Shown here in pieces: positions 19,933 through 31,006 of a stretch of DNA of 31,006 nt. The stretch spans positions 1 to 31,006 of the forward strand of contig JBHGNT010000366.1 of the NCBI GenBank assembly GCA_043228905.1, read 5' to 3'. The position numbers and the translations under genes were made by a program. The DNA comes from Azolla caroliniana (lineage: Eukaryota > Plantae > Polypodiophyta). The notes under the pieces were generated by a model. The model did not search any database. It was not told where the DNA came from and saw only the letters and a program-made list of their open reading frames with translations. Numbering within the stretch: position 1 is the first letter of the stretch; each line of letters starts with the position of its first letter.

Positions 19933-22229
19933 TGTTTTATTTACCGAGATACATAATTATTGTATGATATATAAAGCCAGCATCAAACCTCATATAGAGG
20001 TTAATTCAAGCAAATATGAACTTGATTTTGTCCCGAGGTGTCATAAAGGTAATCATTACCCCTCATGTTTTCATGTTTATATTATCATTATTGAAGATGG
20101 AATGGTTCTAATAATTTGTTGGCATAACCAGGTATTAAAGCAGAGGATCTACGACAATGATTGTGGTTGATCTTGTATATTGAAGTTTTTATTGCAGCTA
20201 TTGATTTTCAAAATTGGATTTTGGATCTACATATTCAGTATCCATATATACATGTTGAGTGTCTTTACATGTGCTCTATTGTGTGTGACACTTTTAACAC
20301 ACATGCATGAGTTGTTATGACAGTTCGGTTCACATGCTTTATTTGGGAGAGTCTACAGTTCCAAGGAAAAGCTATTATGAGAATATCAGCAGATGACATG
20401 CAACGGAGTCTCCTACCAAATTTTTTGAAGCCATCTTAAATCAACTGTGTTTAGATTTTGAGTTTTAAGGTATGTATGGTTGCAAATTTTCAGCTCAGTT
20501 TTTTGTTGTATACAAATCATTCATGAGGGTCTGATTCTTTTGTAGTAACGTTTGAAATATTTGTAAAGACCCAAAGTCATAATAGTGAAAATAATCATGA
20601 CTGTTTTTTCCCCACTTCGCAGGTCTGCTTAGTATATATGATTTTAGGTTTTTTATTTTTATTTTTCTTAAAGAAGTTGCAGTAAAAACATGAAATTGTA
20701 GTGTGCAGTGTAAATTATGCGTCATGGGTGGTATTGTGTATAAGCATAAGCACTTGTCTCACGTATATTTTCTCAAGAGACTACATAGCATCTGTATTTC
20801 TACTAGGCAAGTGATTTCTAAAACCACTGAAATTTGTAATTGTACAATATGATTGTAATGGACTAACCAAAGTTCAACGACAAATCTTGTATATGTATGT
20901 AATTTCGAAACAGAAAGTGGTAAAAAGACTATTGTTTTATACTATCTTAATCACTATATGAGAGACTATATGATGAAATGGTCAGAAATTTCTGAATTAG
21001 TGTAATGCATAATCTTTTGGAATAATGGAAATAAGAGGCTAGGATTAAAGCACAGCATTACCATTATGCATCAATTAATCAGTTTACATTCTCTCACCAG
21101 GTAGTTGAAACTTGAACTCTCATTTTGCATGTATTCTGGAAATGCGAGAAATTTAAATCATTATGAAGTGTGAAATGCAAATTTAGCATGTAAGCTTAAA
21201 CCGTTATGATGTCAATCAAGCTACAAAAAATGTCATGTATACCAAAAGAGTTTGTGATTGACATTTTAATGATGATTGGAAAACACAAATAGAATGGATT
21301 TCTTTTTTAAATGATGGGCATCATGGAATCTTGAGTTTTGTGAATCTTTTCTATTAGTTCCTTATAAACAGAGCATGATCAAAAAAAGTTTGTTATTAAT
21401 CAACTGAAATGTCAATTGACATGTTGTAGCTGGACATTTTGCACATGCAATTTCAAACTTCTTATGTGATTTTACTTATCCAGACTTTTTTAACAAGAGA
21501 CTTACCCGAGGATGGAAGGTGTAAATGTCATACATTCTATTTTTATTAGTTCTATATGAATTGGAACAATGATGATATATCGTCATGGTTTACTCACTAT
21601 ATCTTGTCGTTTGTAACTATTGTAACATAGGGAAATAATGGTAAATCAAAAGTTCTACAAGCATTAAATGGCTTTGATCTTTGTTGAACCATATTCTGCA
21701 TTGATAATTTTTCATTCACAGTTTGCCCTCTCTACATCAGCACATTTGTAGTGGTTGTAGGTATCATGGTCGTCAAATTCTTCAAATCAATGAATCCTAT
21801 GAAGTCCTGTCAATTTCAGCTTCCACAATGTGTAGGTCATCCCATCAAGATTGAACTCCAATTACATTGCTTTCTAATCACCACTACTTGATGTTGTCTA
21901 TGTCACATGAGCTAGTACTCATAAACCCTGTTTAATAGATGATGCCCTCTTCTAGAATCTCCTCCTATAATAGATGATGTCACATTTTGGAGAACAATTG
22001 GAGAATCTTTGTGATTATAGCACTATATTAACTAAGGTGGAAAGTAAACAAGAAAAAGCTTATATATTATGATAATGAGCAATGTATTGAAGAATACTAG
22101 AGGAGTCATATCTCATGTGCTATTAAGCGAGCATATAGAGATACAAAATGGTGGCAAGGAAAGAAGAACTAATGAATAGCCCATCTACTACATTAACCAA
22201 ATCACTCTCTTTGTTGACCATGGTTGAGG

Positions 22230-23520
22230 GGATAGTTGGCACTTGTTCACACCAATAATGGAGTTGAACTTGATGGTTCAGTCTTTCCATGCCAAGAGAA
22301 GGTTGTTGCATGCATGCATTAACTTAAGGGTTTTTTTTTTTTTTGCAAGAAAGATACACCTTAGTATATTACTTGAGAAATTTACATATAGAAAACAGAA
22401 GGAGACATTTCATCTCACCTCTATTGTAATACAAAAGTTAATACCAACATTTGATCAAATAGATGATATCATATAAGAAACGAGAGTAGCACAAGATACA
22501 AGCTATGCAATAAAAAAGAAGGTATGGCATAATTCCACCTCATACCAGAAGTTGTATTTGAAAATAAGTGAAGCCCTTGCCACTGTTTCTTAAAGTCCAC
22601 TTCACATTGCCTTAGAGCATCAGCTGAACCCTGTTGATCATCATATTGCCCACGTATGGTATGGACAAATAACAACCAGAATTCAATAAGCATGGTTTTG
22701 AGATGTATGTGAGCATTATTAAAAACATCCTCACATTTCATTTTCCATATTGTCCAAAGAGCCAAATAACCAAAATTTTAGTTCTAAACCGTGGAATAAA
22801 AGATGGAAATGAAGTGAGATAGATGTACCCATGGAAAAAGTGAAAGACATGAGAAGCATGCATACTTTCATACTCCATAACATCTCCATGAAGGACACCC
22901 CATGCATTAACTTAAGGTATTGCAAAATTGTATATGTTTTAACAAATAATGCAAAATGTTTTATTTATGCAACCATATTGTTCTATGATACAACCATACA
23001 AGTCACAAGAGTCTATGATACAAATGATCCAAAGTGATACTCCACAATTAAATGATGTCAAAGTTTTAAGACATGCAAATTTATGGGCAAAACATATTCG
23101 GATCTTTGAGCATCTACTATTTAAGTAAAACTTGTGTAACCATCATATTGAAGTCAAGTAACACAAGTTTACTTTAGTACTAGTGGTACAAGTAAAACTT
23201 GAGTGAATCTTATGCTCTAAGTAATGAAACTAATTGTGCTTGTAGATAATACATAACAATTGGTAAGGTGCAATTTTCAAGAGAAGTAATGTTATCTATT
23301 ACTTTTCTTAGTTCATTGATTCATGGTATTACAAATGGATTCTCTATCTTAGTTGTATGATAATGTACAATGGTTGATACCTCTTGTGTAGATTGTTCTA
23401 ATATTTGAAAGTGATGGTATGCATAAATGTGTGTATGGAGCTTTGCCTTCGTGGAAAAACAAACATGAATACATGGAGGTCTAATCTTCCACTAGAGCAA
23501 AGGGTATCCCTATGACTGAT
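22230..23520 (+). mobile_element. Very decayed Copia pol relic (integrase and RNase H traces), interrupted by an L1
   Basis: HTNNGVE (~22248, like TDNGGEF), TPQLNDV (23039-23059, like TPQQNGV) and SWKNKHEYMEV*SSTRAK (23449-23502, like SWKSKKQxxVAxSSTEAEY), in Copia domain order. Confidence 0.45.
22330..22900 (-). mobile_element. 5'-truncated L1-clade LINE with poly(A) tail and perfect 17-bp TSD
   Basis: T14 at 22331-22344; TSD CATGCATTAACTTAAGG at 22313-22329 and 22901-22917; ORF2 C-terminus LWTIWKMKCEDVF...LFVHTIRGQY...MRWNY. Confidence 0.9.
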
Positions 23521-23825
23521 TATTATTGAGTGTGCTTCTCATTAGGTAGTTGTGCATGATGTGCCGGAGAATTAGTAACAACCTTTACATACTAAGCTAT
23601 GAAGGTTTCTCTGTAATTCACTGTGCATTTGGCCTCTCTTTGGCTCTTCTCCTTTCCCATTGTTTACCTTTACATAGGTTCTCCAAGCATTGACATCTTG
23701 TAATTTATGTGATTATCTAATGCGGCCTCTTTCCCTCTCGTAGTTTAAATGCTTGATCCTGTGAGTCACGTAATGTCAGTTGTCAATCCACCTTTGTTGT
23801 TTCTCTTTAGAATTGCAGGCACTAA

Positions 23826-24475
23826 TAACAATGGGCCCGGTTTCGACTCAAACCAAACCGAACCGTGGCTTAACGGTTTATAGATTCGAAGATAAATAAA
23901 CGGTTTGGTTTGGTTTCAAATGTTACAAATCGATTTGGTTTCGGTTCAGTTTGGTTTTGAATTTCATGGTTTAGTAGTTTACAGCTTATCGGTTTCTGTT
24001 TATGTGGTTCGGTTGAAAGGTTTATAGGTTAAAAAATACTCATAAATTTTCCCTATAGGTTCAAACTTTCAACTTTTAATTTTAAACACTAGTGTTAACT
24101 TATTAAATTTTATCTGGATTATATGTAGAGCCTCCTTTTCATTTTTGATGATCAAATATAATAAGTATGATGACAAAATTTATGATAAATATGATAAACA
24201 AATTTATGATGATTTTCTCCCACAAATTTATATTAAGTATAATGATCAATATCAATAAAAAATGGTTTGGTTTTTATTTATGATAAACCGGTTTGGTTTG
24301 GTTCTAAATTTTTCGTAAACGGTTTGGTTTCTCCTATTCTTTAAACGGTTCGGCTCTAAACGGTTCCGTTTAAATGGCTTCATAAATTTTAAACAGTTTG
24401 GTGGTTTTTATTATGAATAAATTGTTTGGTTTCATTTCAAGGCTAAGAAACCGAACCGAACCGAGCCCATTGCTA
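23826..24475. mobile_element. hAT-type non-autonomous element (MITE), 650 bp
   Basis: TIRs TAACAATGGGCCCGGTT / reverse complement TAGCAATGGGCTCGGTT (15/17); 8-bp TSD GGCACTAA (23818-23825) / GGCATTGA (24476-24483); dense AAACCG/CGGTTT subterminal motifs; AT-rich core. Confidence 0.85.
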
Positions 24476-25539
24476 GGCATTGATACTCGTGCATCCTTAT
24501 CATTTATTCTAACTCAGTGCCTGCCTTTTGATTGTCATAGATCTTGAGAATAAAGAGAATGGTGCTCCTACACATTGTTCATATAGCACATTGTACTTTG
24601 CCCACATTTACGACAAATCATTTTGAAATATTTACCCAATTTTACAACACAACAAGAAGTTATCAGAAATATTTGACAAAAATAAGATAAATATTGTGAA
24701 AACTTTGCTCAATTTGCTTAATTTTTAAAGGTGTTTTAAGTATGTAAATTCAGCCAAATATTTATATTTAGTAAATCTTGGAGGCTCTCAAATTTCACTC
24801 TTAATGTCGGTGGCATGAGTCAAATTTTTAACCTATGTCTGGTTTATGGGCAAAGATTTGTAACCTAAACCCTAACCATTGGACCAACCATGCTACTTTT
24901 CCTTTAAACATCACATTATCTCCTAAATGCATGGTTCTTATCTAATTTCTGACATGTTTTCTTGCAGCTTGCAACTTGGAACTTGGAATTTCCAAATTGG
25001 AAACTTTTGGCACTTCTAACATCGAAATGCAGACGGAAGGATGAGTTTTCAAATATATAGCTCCTTTGCTTCTTCTTTTGGTAGACTGAGTGATTGGTGG
25101 TCGTATAAAACTTCTTAAAAGTCTTCACTTCCTTTCTTAGAAGTTTTTGCAATCCTTAGTGCAAAAGAATGTTTTATTTTGTTGTCATTGAGAATATAAA
25201 GAAATGATTAGTTGGTAGGACCTTGGTTATACTTTCTTCTCATGTCTCAATCACATCGTGTTCTCACTTTGAAGGTTATAAGGACTCCAATACACAACCT
25301 GTCGTCATCTTTGTTGGTTTCCATTCGTCCAAAGGAGTAGGTCAATATGTATGTCGGCATATTTTTTTACCTAATCCATAAATCTAATTAGAGAAAGTTA
25401 GACAAATCTGGAGAATGAAATCCAATCTACTTGGTTCTGAAGCACTAACATTGCCATTGTTAGTGCTAGAGTAGGAAATTATGCGTTTGTGGGAAAGATA
25501 TTGTGGAAGTTCCACTCAATTAGCTACACATGTAAAGCA

Positions 25540-27240
25540 CTATATTATAAATAGACAAACTTGTATGGAACTTTTTTGATGAGACAAAGCCTCAACCTTA
25601 ATTCAAGTTTAGGATGAGGAGCTCCTTCCCCTCTGTTGGAACCGTTTAATAATTTATCCCTAAACGAAGATACCCAAGGTTGGCACTTATGTCATCAAGA
25701 CAACTAGCTGAAAATGGAGACATTCATTGTTGGTATGTTGAAATGTAGCAATGGCTTGAGTCACATGGCATGAGTATAGATGCACTACCCTCGTTCCAAT
25801 ATAGCTTGGGTTGTCCCCATCTAAATATGACCAAAGTGGAAAAGAATAGAGTGATCCAAACTAATATTATTAACTTGGAAAACAAGATAACATGGATCAA
25901 CCCCAAAATATCACTTGGTACGAAGATGGCCCACTATAAGACACATTTCTTACACACATCGAAGGATGGATTCATCATCAGGCCACCTTATATGGACATA
26001 CATCTATCCTATGCGTTGCGCAATGTGATAGGGCAGTTGCAAACTTCATACATCGATTACAGATTGAGATAGGTAGATATACACAAATATCTCTATAAGA
26101 AAGAATTTGCCAATTGTGTCATCAAGGAGTGGAATCCGAAGAACACTATGTTTGTCATTGTAGTGTCTTTTATGAAATCAGAGGGAGATAATTTTCTCTT
26201 TAAACAAGGCTTTGGCCTGCTACGCGAGGTAATAGAATATGAGGACCAACGGTGCTTAAGACTTTTCTTGCTAGAGCTAAAGAGACATTGGGAAAAGTTG
26301 TTGAAAGAATACAGTCACCCAAGCTCATCCACAAAGAACAATCACAACTTTCTTTAGCCCCATCACTCTTACTAATGCTACAAGTCAATCAAGGGATACA
26401 CAAATGGGCTCTCGACCAAGACATAACAAAGGGGTTACAATTGATCGGGGCATAGAAATTTGTCGTGCATGTAGGCCCCCGCCCCATGGCCCATGACCTC
26501 AACACCCTTGTCATCGACAGATAAAAGCCATTATCTCCTGCCATCGTAGGCGCTTCCCTCGCTTCGGAGACCTTTCCATTCTGGATTAACCTCACATGTG
26601 ACGAAAACCAATTTCCCTTGTCTCTTTTTATCTTATATACTTTTATATTTACGAAGTAATATTTATTTTATTTTGATTTGTTGTTCTCAAAGACAAGACA
26701 ACACTTAAGATGTAATCACTTGTATGGTCTTGTTGAGAATCAAGCTTAACATAGTGCAACGTGTGAACACACCTTTTGAGAATCCATGATTACTCAAAGG
26801 TCAAGAGTCACACCACTACTCTCTACACATTAATTATGTGTCATAGAATAATATTCTATGACACATAACTAATGAGTTACATATTCCCATGATTATGAGT
26901 CTTCACATTCCCCAAGAGAGAGAGTGGTTGTTGTAAGTTAATGAAGAGAGAGGGTGACTCTATATAAAGCACCCTCATACTTCATACTAAGTCGGTTGTG
27001 ACTCTTTGTAATGCTACATTTTCATTTATCATGTTCTCCTTGTTAATATACATCTCCTTCTTCTTGAGTACTTCATTTTGTCTCTTATCCATCTTGAGTT
27101 TCTCTCCTCTCCTTTTTCCTCTCACACATACACATAACACACATCTCTTCCGCTACACAAGAATCACCATTGATTCTTTACAGGTCTTATAGGCCATTTT
27201 GGCCTCTTCAAAGACATTAATATTTCTTTCTTTCTTTCTC
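25540..27240 (+). mobile_element. 5'-truncated RTE/RTEX/L2-like LINE 3' portion, probably with long 3' UTR and (TTTC)n tail; 5' limit approximate
   Basis: Across frames: LRNVIGQLQTS, HRLQIEIGRY, ERICQLCHQGVESEEHYVCHC. The 3' end at 27183-27240 resembles the end of the 2597-3992 element. Continuity of 26640-27180 with the ORF is inferred. Confidence 0.7.
26828..26874. repeat. Near-perfect 47-bp palindrome
   Basis: TTATGTGTCATAGAATA-A-TATTCTATGACACATAA (perfect 17-bp arms), extending to 23 bp with one mismatch. Confidence 0.9.
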
Positions 27241-28109
27241 TTTTCTATTAGACTATTAGGGTTAATGCTCATGATATGAATGAAGCCAAATGTCTTTTAA
27301 TGATGGTGTGGACTATTGCATGCTAGATGAGTATCATGTGTTTTGATGTTATGTTTGTTAAAGGCCTATAAATTGACATTCCTTCTTTGTGGTGGAATAG
27401 CAAAAAGAGACATAAACGTGTTCTCGAGTGCTCATGAGGTGTATAAGGAATTGCTCGTGAGTGTTTAATTGGTATTTTATAATGGAAGTGAAATTGTGTA
27501 TGAATTGATTGTTTTCTCTTGTATTCAACTTGTAATTTTTTTTGTAAAAATAGTGATACATTTCCCATGGATGGAGGGTAATATTTACTTTCACAGTGGG
27601 AAACTAAGTTTATTATGCATTTGAGAACAAAATCCAATAGATGAGAAACTAAAGTTTGAGTTCCTACGAAATACCAATTTTGAGAATATTGCTCTATAGG
27701 GTTGAACATCCCTTGAGAGTTAATGTCATATGTGTTATTACTTCCTGAGTTTGGACAACTTCTTGTTGAGGTCATTATTGAGACATGCTTCTTGAGGTTC
27801 AAATTGTTTTAAGGGTTTAAAACGTTGTGGCTATAGAAAGGGTTATTGCGTGCATGTTATAGGCCCTAGGGTACTTGCATACAAAATTTTAGAAGACATG
27901 CAAGGGAAACTTTGAATTTCGAAAGGTTAACTGTCATGAATATTTTAAAAAGATGGGATGCATTAGAGTTTTGCATCACACTCGTTTAAAGTAGGTATAT
28001 ATTACACCAAAATACTTTACCACCTTCTTCTTTAAATGGACGATCATTGCTTGGCCAAAGTGTGAACCATCACTTGCATCTCACTTAGCTCATGTTTTCA
28101 TATATTTGA

Positions 28110-28307
28110 GATGAGGCATTGTGACACTCCCTTCCCTATGTCTTTTTTTTCCCTCAAACAAGTTGCCTAGACCATTTCATGATTCCTCAATGGATACTTT
28201 TGTGGATGAGGCATTGTGACACTCCCTTCCCTATGCCTTTTTTTTCCCTCAAACAAGTTGCCTAGACCATTTCATGATTCTTCAATGGGTACTTTTGTGG
28301 ATGAGGC
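28110..28307 (+). repeat. 95-bp tandem duplication (2 units plus 8 nt)
   Basis: GATGAGGC starts at 28110, 28205 and 28300; the units differ by only a few substitutions. Confidence 0.92.
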
Positions 28308-29899
28308 TTTTTCCTAACACTAATGTAGTATATTTGAGTATAACCATGTGTGACAAATGTGGAGACTCATACTTCACCCAGGTGATGTACATGTGTGAAG
28401 TATTCGTTGAATCTCTCATAAGGAAGTGGTGGTACAAGTTCAAGGATACAATGTCAAAGATAAGAGCAATGCCTAGTGCTTAGGAATTGAGGGGAAAGAC
28501 TTTATGTTCACCCAAGTTTGAAAGGGGCTAAGGTCAACCGCTCAACTTTGTAAAAGAGGTATACATTCCAATTTTAGATTTTTTCAACTTCTTCATTTTA
28601 AAATTTATGTTAGAGCTCTCTCTAAATTAATTGAAAGCATGATTACCAATTCTTTGTATTTCTATTTATTTAACTGCTATAAAATATGTGTAACATTTTA
28701 AGAGTAATTAAGTTCTTTTCTTAAAGTTAACTTGATTAGTAGTAACTTAACAATGATCACAACTGATATTGTACATGGAGCTTGGTAATTTAGTTTTTCC
28801 CCAGACAATCTCATTGAGGTTAGCAACTAGTTTACTACAAAGCTCTCATCAAATTGCCATGTGAATTCTAAGTAAAGAACTTTTCTACTTTGAATTAAAT
28901 TGTCACTTCGCACAAGTCTTCTTTATTCTTTCTTTAAGAGACCACTTAATTCAGTGTGCCTTTTTGCATGTCAAAACTAAAAAGAAATTTCGTGCTCATT
29001 CTAGCTTTACTCACTCACCCATCATTAGATCATTGATTTCCTTAACATTTTCACCAGGTAGGTACTAGATGTCACTTACTTGAAATTATATTTGGCCCAA
29101 ATTTGCATGCAAAAATATTGTGGGTTCTTTTGAATATTTGGAGTTGCCACTTGGGGTATTTCCACACACAAACTCGATCCCATTGGGTCGAGCCCTCATA
29201 ATAATTTAATGACAAAGCTTCTTAGATTGTCTCGAAACATACATCATATATTGCTTCATCATTGATGCATTTTAACTTGTTATAACTTTAGTCTGTAGGT
29301 ATATCTCCCTTTAGGTCATCATTCTTTTACCCTAATAATTGAAGCATACAAATAGGTATTTCATGTGGTTAATTTTTTGAGACCTTTCTTTTTCCCACAT
29401 CCACTCTTATGTCACCTCGTTGTTTCATAGAGGTTCTTGTTGCATGTCCATGAGAGATTCTGTTGTGGCATCACGTTTTCTTCCACCCCCACTTTTCAGT
29501 TCTCCAAATTCATCTCCATGAACCACCTCCCCTCGTTACCTTTGTATTTACAAAATTCAGGTGATATGAGCCCTCATGGATCAATGTTAAAGTAAATCTT
29601 CAATCAATGAGTATGCAAATGAATACAATATATCAATTTATCATCGTTGGCCAAGTAGAAAGCAAAAATAAGATGTCCTCAAGGAACACATTTTGAGGGT
29701 AATTATTTGGGAGGGGCATGAATATTTGGGCTTGTTTAGTTTTTAACTTCAAGCCGAAATACTCGTAGATGTATGGCTCAGTTTTTATTCGATATTCATT
29801 TATTTTTCTTCTTAATTCCCAAAAAACATATCCTTCTATTAGTTTTAAAAAGCATATCAGCTACAAAATACAAAATAGATGGAAAGGAAGTGACTATCC

Positions 29900-30390
29900 T
29901 TCCCCAACCTGTCTTGTGTAAGACATGATTTCAACATGTATGAGCATGCCTTCATGTAAAGCCCGATGATCGGCACCCACCTTGAGGGATCTCAACCCAT
30001 CGAATAGTTTATATGGATTCTGATACACCTGTTTTCAACCTATCTTGAAATCAATGCGGTCTTGAGTGTCTCCGCAAGAAAGTCACATTTCATATTCATA
30101 TTCATCAAGACAGTTCCAACAATCACATTACTTCCAAGTAATACTTACTTTGTTATCACCACATCCATTCCTTGACCTTTGCTAGTAACAGGTGCATGTC
30201 CACCTTGGCCATTCTCTACATATCCTCTAATGAGTGAGGTCCAAAACACCACATTTGAAAGACATGTGTAAAAATATTATCATTTTCAACTTTTAATGAG
30301 CTCATCCATTCTGATCAAACAGAAAAACTTGTTCCCTTTCTATATATCTCCCATGTGGCCACATGCTTTCAACAAACAAAAAAAAAAGTC
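29900..30390 (-). pseudogene. Decayed PLS-class pentatricopeptide repeat (PPR) gene fragment
   Basis: Minus strand: LKACGHMGDI*KG, NVVFWTSLIRGYVENGQG (30255-30202), LLGSNVIVGTVLMNMNMKCDFLAE and TALISR*VEN, with stops and deletions. Confidence 0.75.
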
Positions 30391-30401
30391 TCAAAGGTTG
30401 G

Positions 30402-31006
30402 TTTTTTTTTTAAAAGTCAAGATTCAACATGGTATTAATGAAAAGATGCCCAAATGCTACAAAGTATCCATACAACCTATTACAATCCTCCTTCCCACAT
30501 GAATGGACATGTCTAGTAGCGGAAACCCTCATGCATGGTCTTTTCAAGACAGGGAGCCGAAAAAGCCATCTTGGTGGAGCGTATCTCCATTTTATTCTGT
30601 CCCCAAAATAGGTGAAGATCTCTACCTTTTTCCAAATTTCTTGAAATTGTTGTTGCTTGCAAAACACAACGTCAAGCTCACCATGTATTGCCTCATATTG
30701 ACCTCTTAGAGTATGCAGGAGCATCAACCATATCTCCTTGACTATCTTAACCGCATTCGGTTTGACATTCTGAAATACACACTTACATATTGCCTTCCAT
30801 AACATCCAAACTACTAAAGAAGATACAATAGACCAAACCTTTTCTTCTTCCAAACAATGGATTGGTGTAGTATAAGAGGCCTCCAACACATGTCTTCCAT
30901 CAGCGAGGAGAAGAAAATCAACACAGTCCTTTTCATAATTTTGTATTTCTTCAGCCAACCTTCCCCATCTCACAAAACCCCATGTGTACGCCTGTTTACC
31001 ATAAAT
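30402..31006 (-). mobile_element. L1-clade LINE 3' end (ORF2 C-terminus plus poly-A), continuing beyond the window
   Basis: T10 at 30402-30411; ORF 30410..30973 (VWMLWKAICKCVF...LLHTLRGQY...IKWRYAPPRWLF) is homologous to the 22330-22900 copy. Confidence 0.85.

Noticed and set aside
19850-20170. ORF overlapping the last exon in another frame
   Set aside because: Alternative-frame read-through into the 3' UTR with no protein similarity.
21770-21860. Minus-strand LDGMTYTLWKLKLTG resembling a Copia gag N-terminus
   Set aside because: A single short motif with no PBS or supporting domains; too weak to annotate.
22911-22927. CTTAAGGTA resembling the R2 target site in 28S rDNA
   Set aside because: No surrounding rRNA similarity and the inserted element is L1-like; a short chance match.
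24861-24877. TAACCTAAACCCTAACC telomere-like / telo-box motif
   Set aside because: Only one to two units and not near a recognised promoter.
27323-27802. 159-aa minus-strand ORF, and similar short ORFs at 24916 and 28274
   Set aside because: No recognisable domain or splice structure; consistent with chance ORFs in AT-rich repeat debris.

Overview
AT-rich eukaryotic genomic DNA from a land plant, most likely a fern or other non-seed plant (inferred from the TE families and a PLS-class PPR relic). The core is one intact + strand importin-11 / KA120-like (importin-beta family) gene, 4506-19932. I assembled it by hand into 23 coding exons (3057 nt, 1018 aa + stop) with consistent intron phases, including one GC-AG intron. 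Flanks and large introns hold transposon debris: three L1-clade LINE pieces (one with a perfect 17-bp TSD and poly-A), three RTE/L2-like LINE relics, two decayed Copia relics, a hAT-type MITE with an 8-bp TSD, a second MITE-like element and a decayed PPR pseudogene abutting an L1. The most unusual signals are in the importin gene: intron 1 is an array of about 8 degenerate copies of the exon1/intron1 splice-donor junction, intron 4 holds a 68-bp-arm foldback, and the last acceptor is a TAGTAG that toggles a stop codon. Two LINE 3' ends also share a covarying stem-loop. No prokaryote-type systems (CRISPR etc.) were seen.
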